From IMG/VR virus record IMGVR_UViG_3300030098_004539, positions 1 to 64,000 of that record: a stretch of DNA of 64,000 nucleotides; one strand, written 5' to 3'. Below the pieces are notes generated by a model that was given only the letters and a program-made list of their open reading frames with translations, was not told the origin of the DNA and made no database searches. The number at the start of each line of letters is the position of its first letter. The stretch's first letter is position 1. Below are positions 1 through 9,563 of the stretch, piece by piece. This DNA comes from a virus. The position numbers were made by a program, and so were the translations under genes.

Positions 1-780
1 AATGATGCTTCCGATGACGCTGATGTTGACGTTGTAAAAGATAAAGAGAGAAAGAAAGAAAGCCTATATAGGGCTGCAAGAGATAAAAGGTTAGCAGAGG
101 CGTTTGGTGTAAATCCTCGAACAGACATATATAGAGATGAATTACCTGAGTTTGAGGATTTCCCAGAACAACCTAGATATGGGGGAGAGAAAGGGCTTCC
201 TATTTGGAAAAAGACTTCTGACGAGAAGCAATATTACGCCAAAGATTGGGAAAAGAAAGAGCGCCCTATAAACAGCTTTAAGTCTTGGGTAGACGGGTTT
301 AGAAGTAGCTTGTCGGAACACAGAGAGTCGTTACTCGATAAGTATGGCATCCCTAAAAACTCTAGGAATCAAAATGCTGACCAAAAAGAGTTTTTAGACT
401 ATATTCGAGATTCTGAAAATCAGCTTAAAGAAGATATGGCTCGGAAACTACGTGAAGAGTCTGACGACTTTGGTGATTTATCAGATAAAGAACAACAACA
501 TATTCTAGGGTTAATAAAGAAATCCGTGGATAATAGTACGAGTCGGATCGGAGACGTAAGTATGCTAGGACTTTTCTTAGACATTAACCTGTTTAAAGCC
601 CTCCCTTTAGGGGAGTCTCAAAAAATTAAAGCGTTTAAAAATTCATTCGGACGCACCTCTAGTGGCGTAAACCCCCCTACGATGAATACGGGGGAGTTAG
701 AGGCTGAAGAAGAAAAAGAAGCAGAGCGCAAAGATAAGAAAGAGATGGAAAAGAGTCTTAATCTCTACGTGAGTTGTTAA
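1..780 (+). CDS. Partial (5' truncated) charged hypothetical protein, candidate internal head protein
   Basis: Frame 1 is open from base 1 to TAA at 778-780, so the 310 start in the ORF track is an edge artefact. Contains GLFLDINLFKA and MEKSL motifs. Confidence 0.75.
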   Translation, partial: NDASDDADVDVVKDKERKKESLYRAARDKRLAEAFGVNPRTDIYRDELPEFEDFPEQPRYGGEKGLPIWKKTSDEKQYYAKDWEKKERPINSFKSWVDGFRSSLSEHRESLLDKYGIPKNSRNQNADQKEFLDYIRDSENQLKEDMARKLREESDDFGDLSDKEQQHILGLIKKSVDNSTSRIGDVSMLGLFLDINLFKALPLGESQKIKAFKNSFGRTSSGVNPPTMNTGELEAEEEKEAERKDKKEMEKSLNLYVSC

Positions 781-781
781 A

Positions 782-3700
782 ATGAGTGACTACGAAGATA
801 TAAATAAAGGTTCTGAAGAAGGGTCTGGTGACTCCGCTGGCTCTGCCGGGGCTTTTAAGCCGCACGTACACGTCAAGCGAGGCATTAAAGATATCCAGCC
901 GATTAAGGGATCTTTTAAGCCTAAAAAGTGTGTTAAAACTGTGAGCTATCGTGGACGACCTCGGTACATCTGCCCCGCGTCTGGAGGAGAAACCGCAGTC
1001 CATAGTTTAGAGAATCTTCCTGTTAAACCAGAAGATACTCCGCGTAAATTAGCTGAAATTGCACAAACTGCCCCAGAACACTTAATTACTCCCAAAAGGC
1101 AACGAGAAGAGCCTCAAGAAGTACAAGCCGCTTTGAGAAACCGCCCCACAAGCATTCACTTACAGGATGTTGAAGAAGCCGGCCCAGATACAGAACATGA
1201 CCACCTACATTACCACTCTCCCAACGAGGCTACCGAGAAAGAATCGGATGCAATTATCTTAAAAGATAGTAAGCGCAAGTCTGGTGACGACGACGATGAC
1301 GGTGATGTCAAAAAAGGCCTGTTTATAACAGACTTGGTTAAGGGTAAGAAGCCTAAGATTGCTAAACCTATTAAGGCCCCTAAGAGGTCTAAACCTTCTT
1401 CTGGAAAAGCGCCTACTAAGAAAGCGCCTACTAAGAAAGCTCCTACTAAGAAAGCTCCTGGCGTCTACATTAAAGATGTTCGGCCCACTCTTAAGCCTCG
1501 TACTCAGGAGTCTAAAAAGAAGTTTAAAGACGATTTCCTTAATTTTCATCTTCGCCGCCCTAAGCAGAGTTCTTCTAAAGCGCCTGGTCGTAAATCAGAC
1601 CCTCTCGGCTCAATAATGCAGAGATTGCACCGCGACTATGGAGACAATTTTTTAAGTCCTGGTGCGGCCAAAAGGCCTTTAAGCTCTGCGGCCATACCTG
1701 TACCAGATTCGTACAGAGGAGGGGCGCTGACCGAAACAGAGAAGAAATACGGGAGAGGAGTTACGTCTAACTTTTTATCCGACAGTTCTAATCTTCCTGG
1801 CGGCGTTGCAAAACTCAAGAGCGGAGGGTTCATTGTTCCTGGAAAAGTAGGAATTCCTTTAGACGCCTTCTTTACATATAAAAAGCCTAAACAGTTTTTG
1901 TCGCAATTTTCTGATAAAGCTGTTTGGAGAGCAAAAATAACGCACGGCGCAGATCCCGTTAAGGGTCCTAAAATTTATAATAATTTAGAGGATGCGCTTG
2001 CGAGCCAGGAAGGTACTGAGTCAGAAGCAGACGAGTATATCACGCGGATTAACTGGAATGCGTTTAAAAAAGCTAATGACGGATTTACTCGCGGAGGAGA
2101 AGTACAATATCCAGAGTCTTTTAAAGTCCGTATTGGCCGGGAAGTAAAAACCGTACGTACTAGCGGTAAATGGTTTGGACGGTATGTTAAACCTTACTTT
2201 ACTCCAGGAAGGGACAGTTACGGTCGAAAGAAGATGGCTCCTGAGCAGGTTCTCAGTAAGTATATACGAGCAGTATACGATCGAGAAAATGAGCCGCCAC
2301 CAAAACCTGGTCGCGCCACCTTAAGGGCTGATAGAAAGAAGGGAACTTCTGGAGGCACGATAGATTCTGACGGAAATCTAAAGATTCGTACTCCTGCACA
2401 GTATGATGATCCTGGCGGTCGGAAGTTTGATCCTGCACCTCTTACGGATAAGGATTGGAAAGAAATCAAAGCTAGTATGGCTAAAAAGAAGGAAAAGGAG
2501 CTTAAGCGAGAAGCTGAGAGACGAGCGGAGGCGAAGCGACAAGGGCAAACTCCCGAAGCACAAAGAAAGTTTCGAGAAGAACTGAAGCGGATGAAGTATA
2601 CTCGGGAGCCTACTGTTGGAGAGTTTCTTTCTACTGTAGGCGAAGCTGCTTTATTTGTAGTAGATGCTCCTGTGATTGTTGGAGGTAAACTTGCTCAAAA
2701 AATTCCAACAGTTGCTCGCAATGCGGGCAAAGCTCTTGGTATTACCCTTAGTGCAGGTAAAGCTGCTGATGTAACACACAAAATGCGTACTGCCGTTATT
2801 GCGGTCTACAACAACGCCCAAGGGGTTAAAACGGCAATTTATGCAAAGACTGCTAAAGAAGCAGATAAGGTTCGAAAGCAGGTTGCAAATATGCCATCGT
2901 TTAACCGACTTGTCACTGCGGGAAGAGGAGGTGGTAAATCACCTATGCGCGTTGGCGTTACTAATCCTCGTCGTACAGCAAGAACTGCTGCACAGCGAAG
3001 AGCAGATGTTAGCCAACTTTACCCTACTGGTACTCCGTCACGCGTTCGTGTACCAAAAAAACGCCCCCCAACAAGAAAGAGTCCTAGCACCCCTTCACGC
3101 GTTCCTGACAAAATAAAGACACCGCCTAAGGCTAAACCTAAAAAGCCTACGGACAAACCTACACCTGAGCTTCCTCCTGTCCCTAAACCTACTAGGAGGC
3201 CTCCAGGATCTAAGCCTAAGCCTGTTCGTAGAAGGCGACAAGCACCTCGAAGAAGGCGTAAAGATACTCCTACAGAGAAGCCTCAGCAGAAGCCTACAGA
3301 TAAGCCGCAGCAGAAGCCGCAGCAGAAGCCTAAGGATAAGCCGCAGCAGAAGCCTAAGGATAAGCCGCAGCAGAAGCCTAAGGATAAGCCTAAGGGTAAG
3401 GATAAGCCTAAGGGTAAGGATAAGCCTAAAACTAGAAGCGCAATTAAACGCGCAGCTAGGCAATTACTCGCTGCTGATCGTGTTGAAGCTCCTGCAAAAG
3501 AAAAGCCTCCAAAGAGGGATAAAAAGAGAAAGAAAAAGAAGAAGAAGAGAAGAAGGTTTATTATTGCCGACGATAATCGTCGTATATATGAGGATACTCA
3601 ACGAAAAGAGGAGAAGGTTGCTCCTTTGCGCGAAGAGTTGCGACGAAAAGGTAGAAAGAAGGAAGAAGAGGAAGATGATGATTTAGCGGCCATCATCCGA

Positions 3701-3958
3701 AGAGCCAAAAAGAGACACCGACTTCAAACTTTAGATGATCGTTATTCTCAGATTGGTAAAGAAGGTAAACGCGACGTTGAAGATTTAGCTAGTCGCGCTG
3801 AGGCACGAGCTATGTTCTACAAAAGTCAGGCATTCATAGCCCCCTATGTACGGCAGGTTCGTAACAAGAAAATTTCTTTAAAAGAGGCTTTAGATAAAGT
3901 TCCTTGGTGGATGCAAGATGAGCTTTTAAGTCGATTACGAAGAAAGAAACGTCGCTAA
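782..3958 (+). CDS. Large Lys/Arg/Pro-rich low-complexity protein, candidate DNA-binding internal head protein
   Basis: 1058-aa ORF abutting the previous stop; KAPTK and KPQQKPKD repeats, poly-K/R runs, GLFITDLVKG motif. Confidence 0.7.
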   Translation: MSDYEDINKGSEEGSGDSAGSAGAFKPHVHVKRGIKDIQPIKGSFKPKKCVKTVSYRGRPRYICPASGGETAVHSLENLPVKPEDTPRKLAEIAQTAPEHLITPKRQREEPQEVQAALRNRPTSIHLQDVEEAGPDTEHDHLHYHSPNEATEKESDAIILKDSKRKSGDDDDDGDVKKGLFITDLVKGKKPKIAKPIKAPKRSKPSSGKAPTKKAPTKKAPTKKAPGVYIKDVRPTLKPRTQESKKKFKDDFLNFHLRRPKQSSSKAPGRKSDPLGSIMQRLHRDYGDNFLSPGAAKRPLSSAAIPVPDSYRGGALTETEKKYGRGVTSNFLSDSSNLPGGVAKLKSGGFIVPGKVGIPLDAFFTYKKPKQFLSQFSDKAVWRAKITHGADPVKGPKIYNNLEDALASQEGTESEADEYITRINWNAFKKANDGFTRGGEVQYPESFKVRIGREVKTVRTSGKWFGRYVKPYFTPGRDSYGRKKMAPEQVLSKYIRAVYDRENEPPPKPGRATLRADRKKGTSGGTIDSDGNLKIRTPAQYDDPGGRKFDPAPLTDKDWKEIKASMAKKKEKELKREAERRAEAKRQGQTPEAQRKFREELKRMKYTREPTVGEFLSTVGEAALFVVDAPVIVGGKLAQKIPTVARNAGKALGITLSAGKAADVTHKMRTAVIAVYNNAQGVKTAIYAKTAKEADKVRKQVANMPSFNRLVTAGRGGGKSPMRVGVTNPRRTARTAAQRRADVSQLYPTGTPSRVRVPKKRPPTRKSPSTPSRVPDKIKTPPKAKPKKPTDKPTPELPPVPKPTRRPPGSKPKPVRRRRQAPRRRRKDTPTEKPQQKPTDKPQQKPQQKPKDKPQQKPKDKPQQKPKDKPKGKDKPKGKDKPKTRSAIKRAARQLLAADRVEAPAKEKPPKRDKKRKKKKKKRRRFIIADDNRRIYEDTQRKEEKVAPLREELRRKGRKKEEEEDDDLAAIIRRAKKRHRLQTLDDRYSQIGKEGKRDVEDLASRAEARAMFYKSQAFIAPYVRQVRNKKISLKEALDKVPWWMQDELLSRLRRKKRR
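1406..1459 (+). repeat. 15-bp tandem repeat (about 3.5 copies) encoding KAPTK
   Basis: aaagc(g/t)cctactaag repeated in tandem. Confidence 0.9.
3278..3430 (+). repeat. Tandem 12/24-bp repeats encoding KPQQKPKD / KPKGKD
   Basis: aagccgcagcagaagcctaaggat units repeated. Confidence 0.9.
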
Positions 3959-3967
3959 AGGGATAAG

Positions 3968-4852
3968 ATGTCATCTTATAATCATCGGTCTTCTAAAAAA
4001 TTAGGTTGGACGCCTCAATGGTTTGGTGTGTCTGAGTTTGGAGACGATCTTCAAGAAGCTATTAAAGAGTTCCAAGGGGAATATGAAGACTTAAAAGTAG
4101 ACGGAATGTGTGGTCCGGTTACTTACCGGAGAATAAAGTTAGAAAGGGACACACAAGACATTGGTCCCTCTCACGGAGAGAAGATATTAATAGGTGGAAA
4201 ACTGTTTCCTATACCTTGGGATAAAGTAATAATTCCAGGGGAGAATGGAGCTTTAGAGTTAACTAAAGGTTTTCGCCGTAAAAAAGACCGATATATAAAT
4301 ATGGTCATTACACACTGGGATGTCTGCACCTCTGCTAAAAAGTGTAGGAATGTTCTTGCCGCTAAGAATATATCGACACACTTTTGTATCGACTGGGATG
4401 GCACTATCTATCAGTTTATGGATGTGATGCACGAGGGGTGGCATTCTGGGGTAGGTAAGATCAACCGACAGAGTGTTGGAATCGATTTGAATAACCCAGT
4501 TTATACAAAATATAATAAAATTTTGGTAAAACGAGGACAACCAGAACGGCCTGTGATAAGCGGTTATAGTATTAATGGTTGGAAGCCGAAGGAATTTTTA
4601 GGTTTCCATCAAGTACAAATTGATGCTTATATAGCTTTATTGGCTGGGTTAAATGCCCACTTGCCTGATTTAAACCTAATTCCTACTGGCGATACGGGAA
4701 ATCCCAAAGTGATCAAGACTATTCCTTTGGCTAAAGCCGCTTCTGAGGGCGGCGTAATGCACCATGCCCATGTAAAGAAGCGTAAGTGGGACACAGCAGG
4801 GGTTCACCTGTCCGAGTGCTGTGAAGCTGCTAAAGGGTTAGTTGTAGAATGA
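3968..4852 (+). CDS. Endolysin: N-terminal peptidoglycan-binding domain plus Amidase_2 (N-acetylmuramoyl-L-alanine amidase)
   Basis: IKEFQ...LKVDGMCGPVT (PG_binding_1-like); ITHWD, ISTHFCID.DGTIYQ, GWHSG..NRQSVGID, HHAHV..KWD (amidase_2-like). Confidence 0.85.
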   Translation: MSSYNHRSSKKLGWTPQWFGVSEFGDDLQEAIKEFQGEYEDLKVDGMCGPVTYRRIKLERDTQDIGPSHGEKILIGGKLFPIPWDKVIIPGENGALELTKGFRRKKDRYINMVITHWDVCTSAKKCRNVLAAKNISTHFCIDWDGTIYQFMDVMHEGWHSGVGKINRQSVGIDLNNPVYTKYNKILVKRGQPERPVISGYSINGWKPKEFLGFHQVQIDAYIALLAGLNAHLPDLNLIPTGDTGNPKVIKTIPLAKAASEGGVMHHAHVKKRKWDTAGVHLSECCEAAKGLVVE

Positions 4853-5973
4853 GGCTTTATCTAGACATAGACTTGTATAAGGCTGCTTCTGGGCCACCCT
4901 CTGAGGAGTATGAATTTTCTCCTCTGCGATTTAGTGGGTTGCCCCCCACTAAAGCTAATATAGATGAGCAGATATGGGTGGCTGCTCAAAAGTACGACAT
5001 ACCTGAAATTTATGATGCGCTTGTTGCTACCGCTAAACAGGAATCTGGCAGAACTCATTGGAGGAATCGTGGTAGGGGTAAGATTATTACGAGTCCTACG
5101 GACGCTCAGGGTGTTATGCAGTTAATGGCACGGACTGCTCGGGGGTTGGGTGTAGACCGTAAGGACTGGCGACAAAATATTTGGGGCGGTGTTAAGCTAT
5201 GGAGTATTAATTACAAGCAGGCTCTTAAGTCTGGTATGTCGCCTTCAGATGCTGTGGATTACGCAGCTATGGCTTATTATTCTGGCGGTGCGGGGGGTAA
5301 AGATCCTTCACAAAATACCAGTGCGGTAGAGGTACATAACCAGCGAGCGTTAGCTCGTCACAGACGTAAAAACCCAAACGCAACTATTTGGGACGTTCCT
5401 AGTAGCCAATTAAAGGGTGCGCCTAGTCAAGTATCTAAGTTTGGTGGTATTAAAAACTGGCGTAAAAATATGCAACGGGCCATGTCTCGGGGTGCTGGTA
5501 TTGATTCAACTACTGGCAAGAAGACATTTGGTGGTGCATTAGACAGGTACGCGAGAGGTATTAAGCGTCGTAGTGAGGCAGATCGTCACTATGTTCGTGT
5601 AGGTAAAGATAGAGCCCAGGCCGAAAGGCATGGGCTTAAGGGGTATACTGAAAGAGATAGCTCAGGTCGAGGGATTGCTAGTATGCCTATTAGGCAGACA
5701 ATGGCGAGGCCGGAAGACTTACGCCCTACGCCTTCTAAGCCTAAGTCTGTAGCGTCTGAGGGTTTGTATTTAAAAAGTCCTGTAGCTGCCCCTGCTAGGA
5801 AACAGGCTGAGACTAAGCGTGTTGCTGGACTAGACGCTGCCAGTAAAGATTTAGGTCTTCCGGCTCCGTCTAAAGTGTTAAGTAGACAACCTAAGTCTGT
5901 TGCGGTTCAGCCTCGACCTCCGGTTAAAGTTAGTAAGTCGTTATTTCAATCAGAATATTTTATTGAGGTATAA
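4849..5973 (+). CDS. SLT-family lytic transglycosylase with basic disordered C-terminal tail
   Basis: AKQESG catalytic Glu motif, AQGVMQLM..TA, NIWGG, AMAYYSG; ATGA overlap with the endolysin gene. Confidence 0.85.
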   Translation: MRLYLDIDLYKAASGPPSEEYEFSPLRFSGLPPTKANIDEQIWVAAQKYDIPEIYDALVATAKQESGRTHWRNRGRGKIITSPTDAQGVMQLMARTARGLGVDRKDWRQNIWGGVKLWSINYKQALKSGMSPSDAVDYAAMAYYSGGAGGKDPSQNTSAVEVHNQRALARHRRKNPNATIWDVPSSQLKGAPSQVSKFGGIKNWRKNMQRAMSRGAGIDSTTGKKTFGGALDRYARGIKRRSEADRHYVRVGKDRAQAERHGLKGYTERDSSGRGIASMPIRQTMARPEDLRPTPSKPKSVASEGLYLKSPVAAPARKQAETKRVAGLDAASKDLGLPAPSKVLSRQPKSVAVQPRPPVKVSKSLFQSEYFIEV

Positions 5974-5975
5974 AA

Positions 5976-8045
5976 ATGGGGCTATTAGATAAAGCTCTGA
6001 GTAAAGTATTATCGCCTTCGATTATTACCCCTACTGCTGAAGAGCTAGCTAAGGGGTGGAAGAAGATTTCTGGTACTGCTCCGGCGGGTCCTCCTAAGGC
6101 TATGACTTGGGACCCGATGTCCCTTGTTTACTCTTTGGGATATAAAGACCGACGAAGTAACCTTACGTACGATATTTTACGTCAGATGGTGGGGTCTTTA
6201 AGTGTGTTAGCGGCTATTGTTAATACGCGAGTTAATCAAGTAGCTACTTTTACCTCTCCTTATCGTCGAACTCGTAACCTTGGTTTTGAGATTAAACATA
6301 AAGACCGGGATCACCGTCTTTCTAAGTCGGAAAAGCGGTTTATTGTTGAGCTAGAGTCGTTCATCTCTAATTGCGGAAAGTCTAAGGTAAATAAGTTTAG
6401 TACTAAGCCTAGGGATAACTTCGAGCAATTTACTCGCAAGGTCATTAGAGATCGAATGACATATGATCAAATGACGTTTGAGATTGTTCCTGACCGGAAA
6501 GGTCTTCCTTATGAGTTTGTTGCTGTTGATGCAGCAACAGTACGTCTTGCGGCAGACCCTAGCGCCGAAAAATATAGAAATACTCGACAAGAAAAGAAAG
6601 AGCTTAAAGAGTTTTTAGAAAACTATTCAGGCTCTGCCTTAGCATACCCAGTACTTCAAGAACCTAGTAAGCGCGGTAAAGCGTCTTTTGTGCAAGTCTG
6701 GCAAGGGTCTATCGTTCGGGCGTACACGCGGCAAGAACTAGCATTTTGTATTGCTAACCCCCGCACAGACATTAAGTCTAACGGTTACGGGTACGCTGAG
6801 ACAGAACAGCTTGTAAATATTATTACGTCTCAACTGTGGGCGGAAGAATATAACCGTAACTTCTTTAAGCAGGGTGCTGCTCCTAAAGGATTGCTTAATA
6901 TTCGTGGAGATAATATTTCTCCAGAACAACTCGAAGCATTTAAGCGCCAGTGGGTGGCTAATGTTGCGGGTACTGAAAATGCGTGGCGCACTCCTATTCT
7001 TCAAAGTGAAGAAATTCAGTACCTCAACATGCAAACTAACAACCTGGATATGGAGTACTCTCGTTGGTTAGAGTACTTGATCAAGGTGATTTGCGCTGTT
7101 TATCTAATTGCTCCCGAAGAGATTGGTTTCTACCTGTCCCCCGGCGGCATGCAGCAGCCTATGTTCGATACGAACAACGAGTGGAAGCTAAAAGCCTCTA
7201 AAGACCGAGGACTACGACCATTACTTCGATTTTATGCAGATGCTCTTAATAGTAATGTTATCGATAAAATCGACGACCGGTTTTACTTGGACTTTGTCGG
7301 TCTTGACGAGCTTACAGAGAAAGAACGTATTGAACTCAGGAATCAACAAGTTCAGTTCTTTAGGACTGTTAATGAGATTCGCGCCGATGAAGATTTAGCC
7401 CCTATTGATGACGGGGACATTATCTTAAATCCAATTTACCTCCAAAAAATTCAGATGGAACACACCTGGAAAATGGAGGCAGAGCAGCGAAAAGAAGCTA
7501 AGAAAGCTCAAGATGAGCAACTTGCTATGCAAAAGAAGCAAATGTCTATGCAGGAGCAAGCACAGCAACAGCAGATGCAACAGCAACAGCAGATGCAACA
7601 GCAGGCGCAGCAGCAAATGGGTGCTGCACCAGAAGAAGGACAGCCTGGACAAGAGGGTCAGCCTCCAGAACAGGAAGGTCCGTCGATCGCACCATCTATT
7701 GACGAACTACGTGCACAAGGCGCAGAACCCGAAGCACAGCCCGCTCCTGAAGAAGGTGCTCCTCAACAAGAAGGTGCTCCCCCTGAAGAAGTTCAAGAAG
7801 GTGCTCCTCAACAAGAAGGTGCTCCCCCTGAAGAAGTTCAAGAAGCTGCACAAATGGAAGAGCAAGTCTCTCCCGAAGGTGTAGAGGAAGAAGCTGCCGT
7901 AGAAGAGCAAACATCCCCGGAAGAAGCAGCACAAGTTGCGCCTGAAGAAGCTCCAAAAAGTAAAAAAGAGCAAATACAGGAAATTTTAAATTCCCTTCCC
8001 CCTGAGATGTTGGTTAATAATACCAAGAACGTTGACGAGGAATAG
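5976..8045 (+). CDS. Portal protein (SPO1/Twort-like) with Gln/Glu/Pro-rich C-terminal extension
   Basis: AIVNTRVNQV, NPRTDIKSNGYG, YNRNFFKQG..PKGLLNI, LEAFKRQW, DMEY..WLEYLI, SKDRGLRPLL, TVNEIRA. Confidence 0.93.
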   Translation: MGLLDKALSKVLSPSIITPTAEELAKGWKKISGTAPAGPPKAMTWDPMSLVYSLGYKDRRSNLTYDILRQMVGSLSVLAAIVNTRVNQVATFTSPYRRTRNLGFEIKHKDRDHRLSKSEKRFIVELESFISNCGKSKVNKFSTKPRDNFEQFTRKVIRDRMTYDQMTFEIVPDRKGLPYEFVAVDAATVRLAADPSAEKYRNTRQEKKELKEFLENYSGSALAYPVLQEPSKRGKASFVQVWQGSIVRAYTRQELAFCIANPRTDIKSNGYGYAETEQLVNIITSQLWAEEYNRNFFKQGAAPKGLLNIRGDNISPEQLEAFKRQWVANVAGTENAWRTPILQSEEIQYLNMQTNNLDMEYSRWLEYLIKVICAVYLIAPEEIGFYLSPGGMQQPMFDTNNEWKLKASKDRGLRPLLRFYADALNSNVIDKIDDRFYLDFVGLDELTEKERIELRNQQVQFFRTVNEIRADEDLAPIDDGDIILNPIYLQKIQMEHTWKMEAEQRKEAKKAQDEQLAMQKKQMSMQEQAQQQQMQQQQQMQQQAQQQMGAAPEEGQPGQEGQPPEQEGPSIAPSIDELRAQGAEPEAQPAPEEGAPQQEGAPPEEVQEGAPQQEGAPPEEVQEAAQMEEQVSPEGVEEEAAVEEQTSPEEAAQVAPEEAPKSKKEQIQEILNSLPPEMLVNNTKNVDEE
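7751..7845 (+). repeat. 45-bp exact tandem duplication (EGAPQQEGAPPEEVQ x2) in the portal tail
   Basis: Direct reading of the sequence. Confidence 0.9.
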
Positions 8046-8047
8046 CT

Positions 8048-9139
8048 ATGAAATACCGTTCGTACGAAAAGTCTATTAATGCAAAGAAAAAGGACCTTGA
8101 CGAAGAGGGCGAAAATGCTCCTGTTGAAGGTGAGGATCTGGCTAAGAATCGTAAACACGGGTACGCCGAACCACCCCTTATGTCTAATGTAAGGGCGTTT
8201 AATAAGTCCTTATTTAAGTCTGTTTCTCTTTCAAAGGCAGTAGTGGGAGAAAGATTACCTACTGGCCCAGCGAATATCTACTCTAAGAAGAATCGTGAGA
8301 GGTTGATTGAGGGAGCTAAAGAGGGAGCTAAAGCAGCGTGGGGGGCGCTAAAGAACATTCCCAATATCTTTAGGGACAGGAAGAAGGACGACGATCAGCT
8401 TCCCCCGCCCCCGAAAAGGTCCAAGGGTTCCAGCCCTTGGAAGAAGCCCCGGAGTAAAAAAAGTCCATATTATTTACCGCATAATATACCTGGGGCTCCT
8501 GATACTTATGAAGGTATGGAACGTCAGCGGAAACCTTCTTCTCCAAAGTCCACCTCAGGATCTGGGGTAACTAAGTTAGAGTCTGGTGGGTTTAAAGCTC
8601 CAGGCATTGATAAGACTTTTGCAACAGAAAAGGATGCGATTAATGCAATTAAAGAAGCAAAACCAGAGCGCATTTATAAGCCTTTAAAATTTGATGAAGA
8701 GAAGCATGGTCGGCCCACCCCAAGAATCGTGCCTGCACCTGTGAGTAAGTCCTTATTTAAGTCTTCTTACGGCTCAAAAGTAGGATCTCCATGCGATCTA
8801 GGCGGTTCTAAAGGGAAAAAGGCTCCAGAATGGGAAGAAGGTAACGTCTCCCATGAAAAGCCTCGCGAAGAAAATGGGCAATACACGCCTCCCGGATGGT
8901 CCGCTAAAGGCGAAGACGACGAGGATAAGAAGAAGAAAAAGGACGTAAAGAAGTCTATTACGGAACTTCGTTACGGTGCTCAACCTCTTCATGGGTTTGA
9001 TTTACACAAGTCTTGTGCTGTGTGTGGGCGACTTTCAAAGTCTGCCGGTGAAAAAGGTCATGAAGGACACAGCGGATGCTGTGAAGATTGTAAGAAATCT
9101 ATGAATTCCATGCGATGGCACGAGTCGCATCTCGCGTAG
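8048..9139 (+). CDS. Basic hypothetical protein with C-terminal Cys/His cluster (CAVC...CCEDC), candidate internal head protein
   Basis: 363-aa ORF directly after the portal; many hydrophobic-x-KS motifs. Confidence 0.7.
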   Translation: MKYRSYEKSINAKKKDLDEEGENAPVEGEDLAKNRKHGYAEPPLMSNVRAFNKSLFKSVSLSKAVVGERLPTGPANIYSKKNRERLIEGAKEGAKAAWGALKNIPNIFRDRKKDDDQLPPPPKRSKGSSPWKKPRSKKSPYYLPHNIPGAPDTYEGMERQRKPSSPKSTSGSGVTKLESGGFKAPGIDKTFATEKDAINAIKEAKPERIYKPLKFDEEKHGRPTPRIVPAPVSKSLFKSSYGSKVGSPCDLGGSKGKKAPEWEEGNVSHEKPREENGQYTPPGWSAKGEDDEDKKKKKDVKKSITELRYGAQPLHGFDLHKSCAVCGRLSKSAGEKGHEGHSGCCEDCKKSMNSMRWHESHLA

Positions 9140-9149
9140 GAGAATTAAC

Positions 9150-9560
9150 GTGGCAAAAGATAAAGCTAGAACTAAAGTTCCTTTAAATTCTCCTATGAGT
9201 AAAGATAGGAACCCCTCGTGGCGTAAAGACCAGTACTTAGACTCTAAGTACAAGGCTCCAGAAGCTGTGTGGCAACCCGCTAATCCTATTTTCCGCAGGT
9301 ACGCTAACGGTATGCTTGATTATGAGTATGCATGTGGAAAGATTTTTGACGCACTAGGGGTGGTTCAAGATCACGGATACCTTAGTGAGTTTGAAAAAGC
9401 TGCACTAAGCATCATTGTTCCAGGCATTGAGAACATTGGAGTGCCACCTAATGCCGTGGCTATGACAAAAGTTCGCCTTGCCCCAGAAGAAATAATGAAG
9501 CTTCGCATTATTGTCGCTCAAAAACAGAAAGACATTAAGAATTACCGTACAGGATGGTAA
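9150..9560 (+). CDS. Hypothetical protein
   Basis: GTG start with GGAG RBS; tight spacing with neighbours. Confidence 0.7.
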   Translation: MAKDKARTKVPLNSPMSKDRNPSWRKDQYLDSKYKAPEAVWQPANPIFRRYANGMLDYEYACGKIFDALGVVQDHGYLSEFEKAALSIIVPGIENIGVPPNAVAMTKVRLAPEEIMKLRIIVAQKQKDIKNYRTGW

Positions 9561-9563
9561 GAA

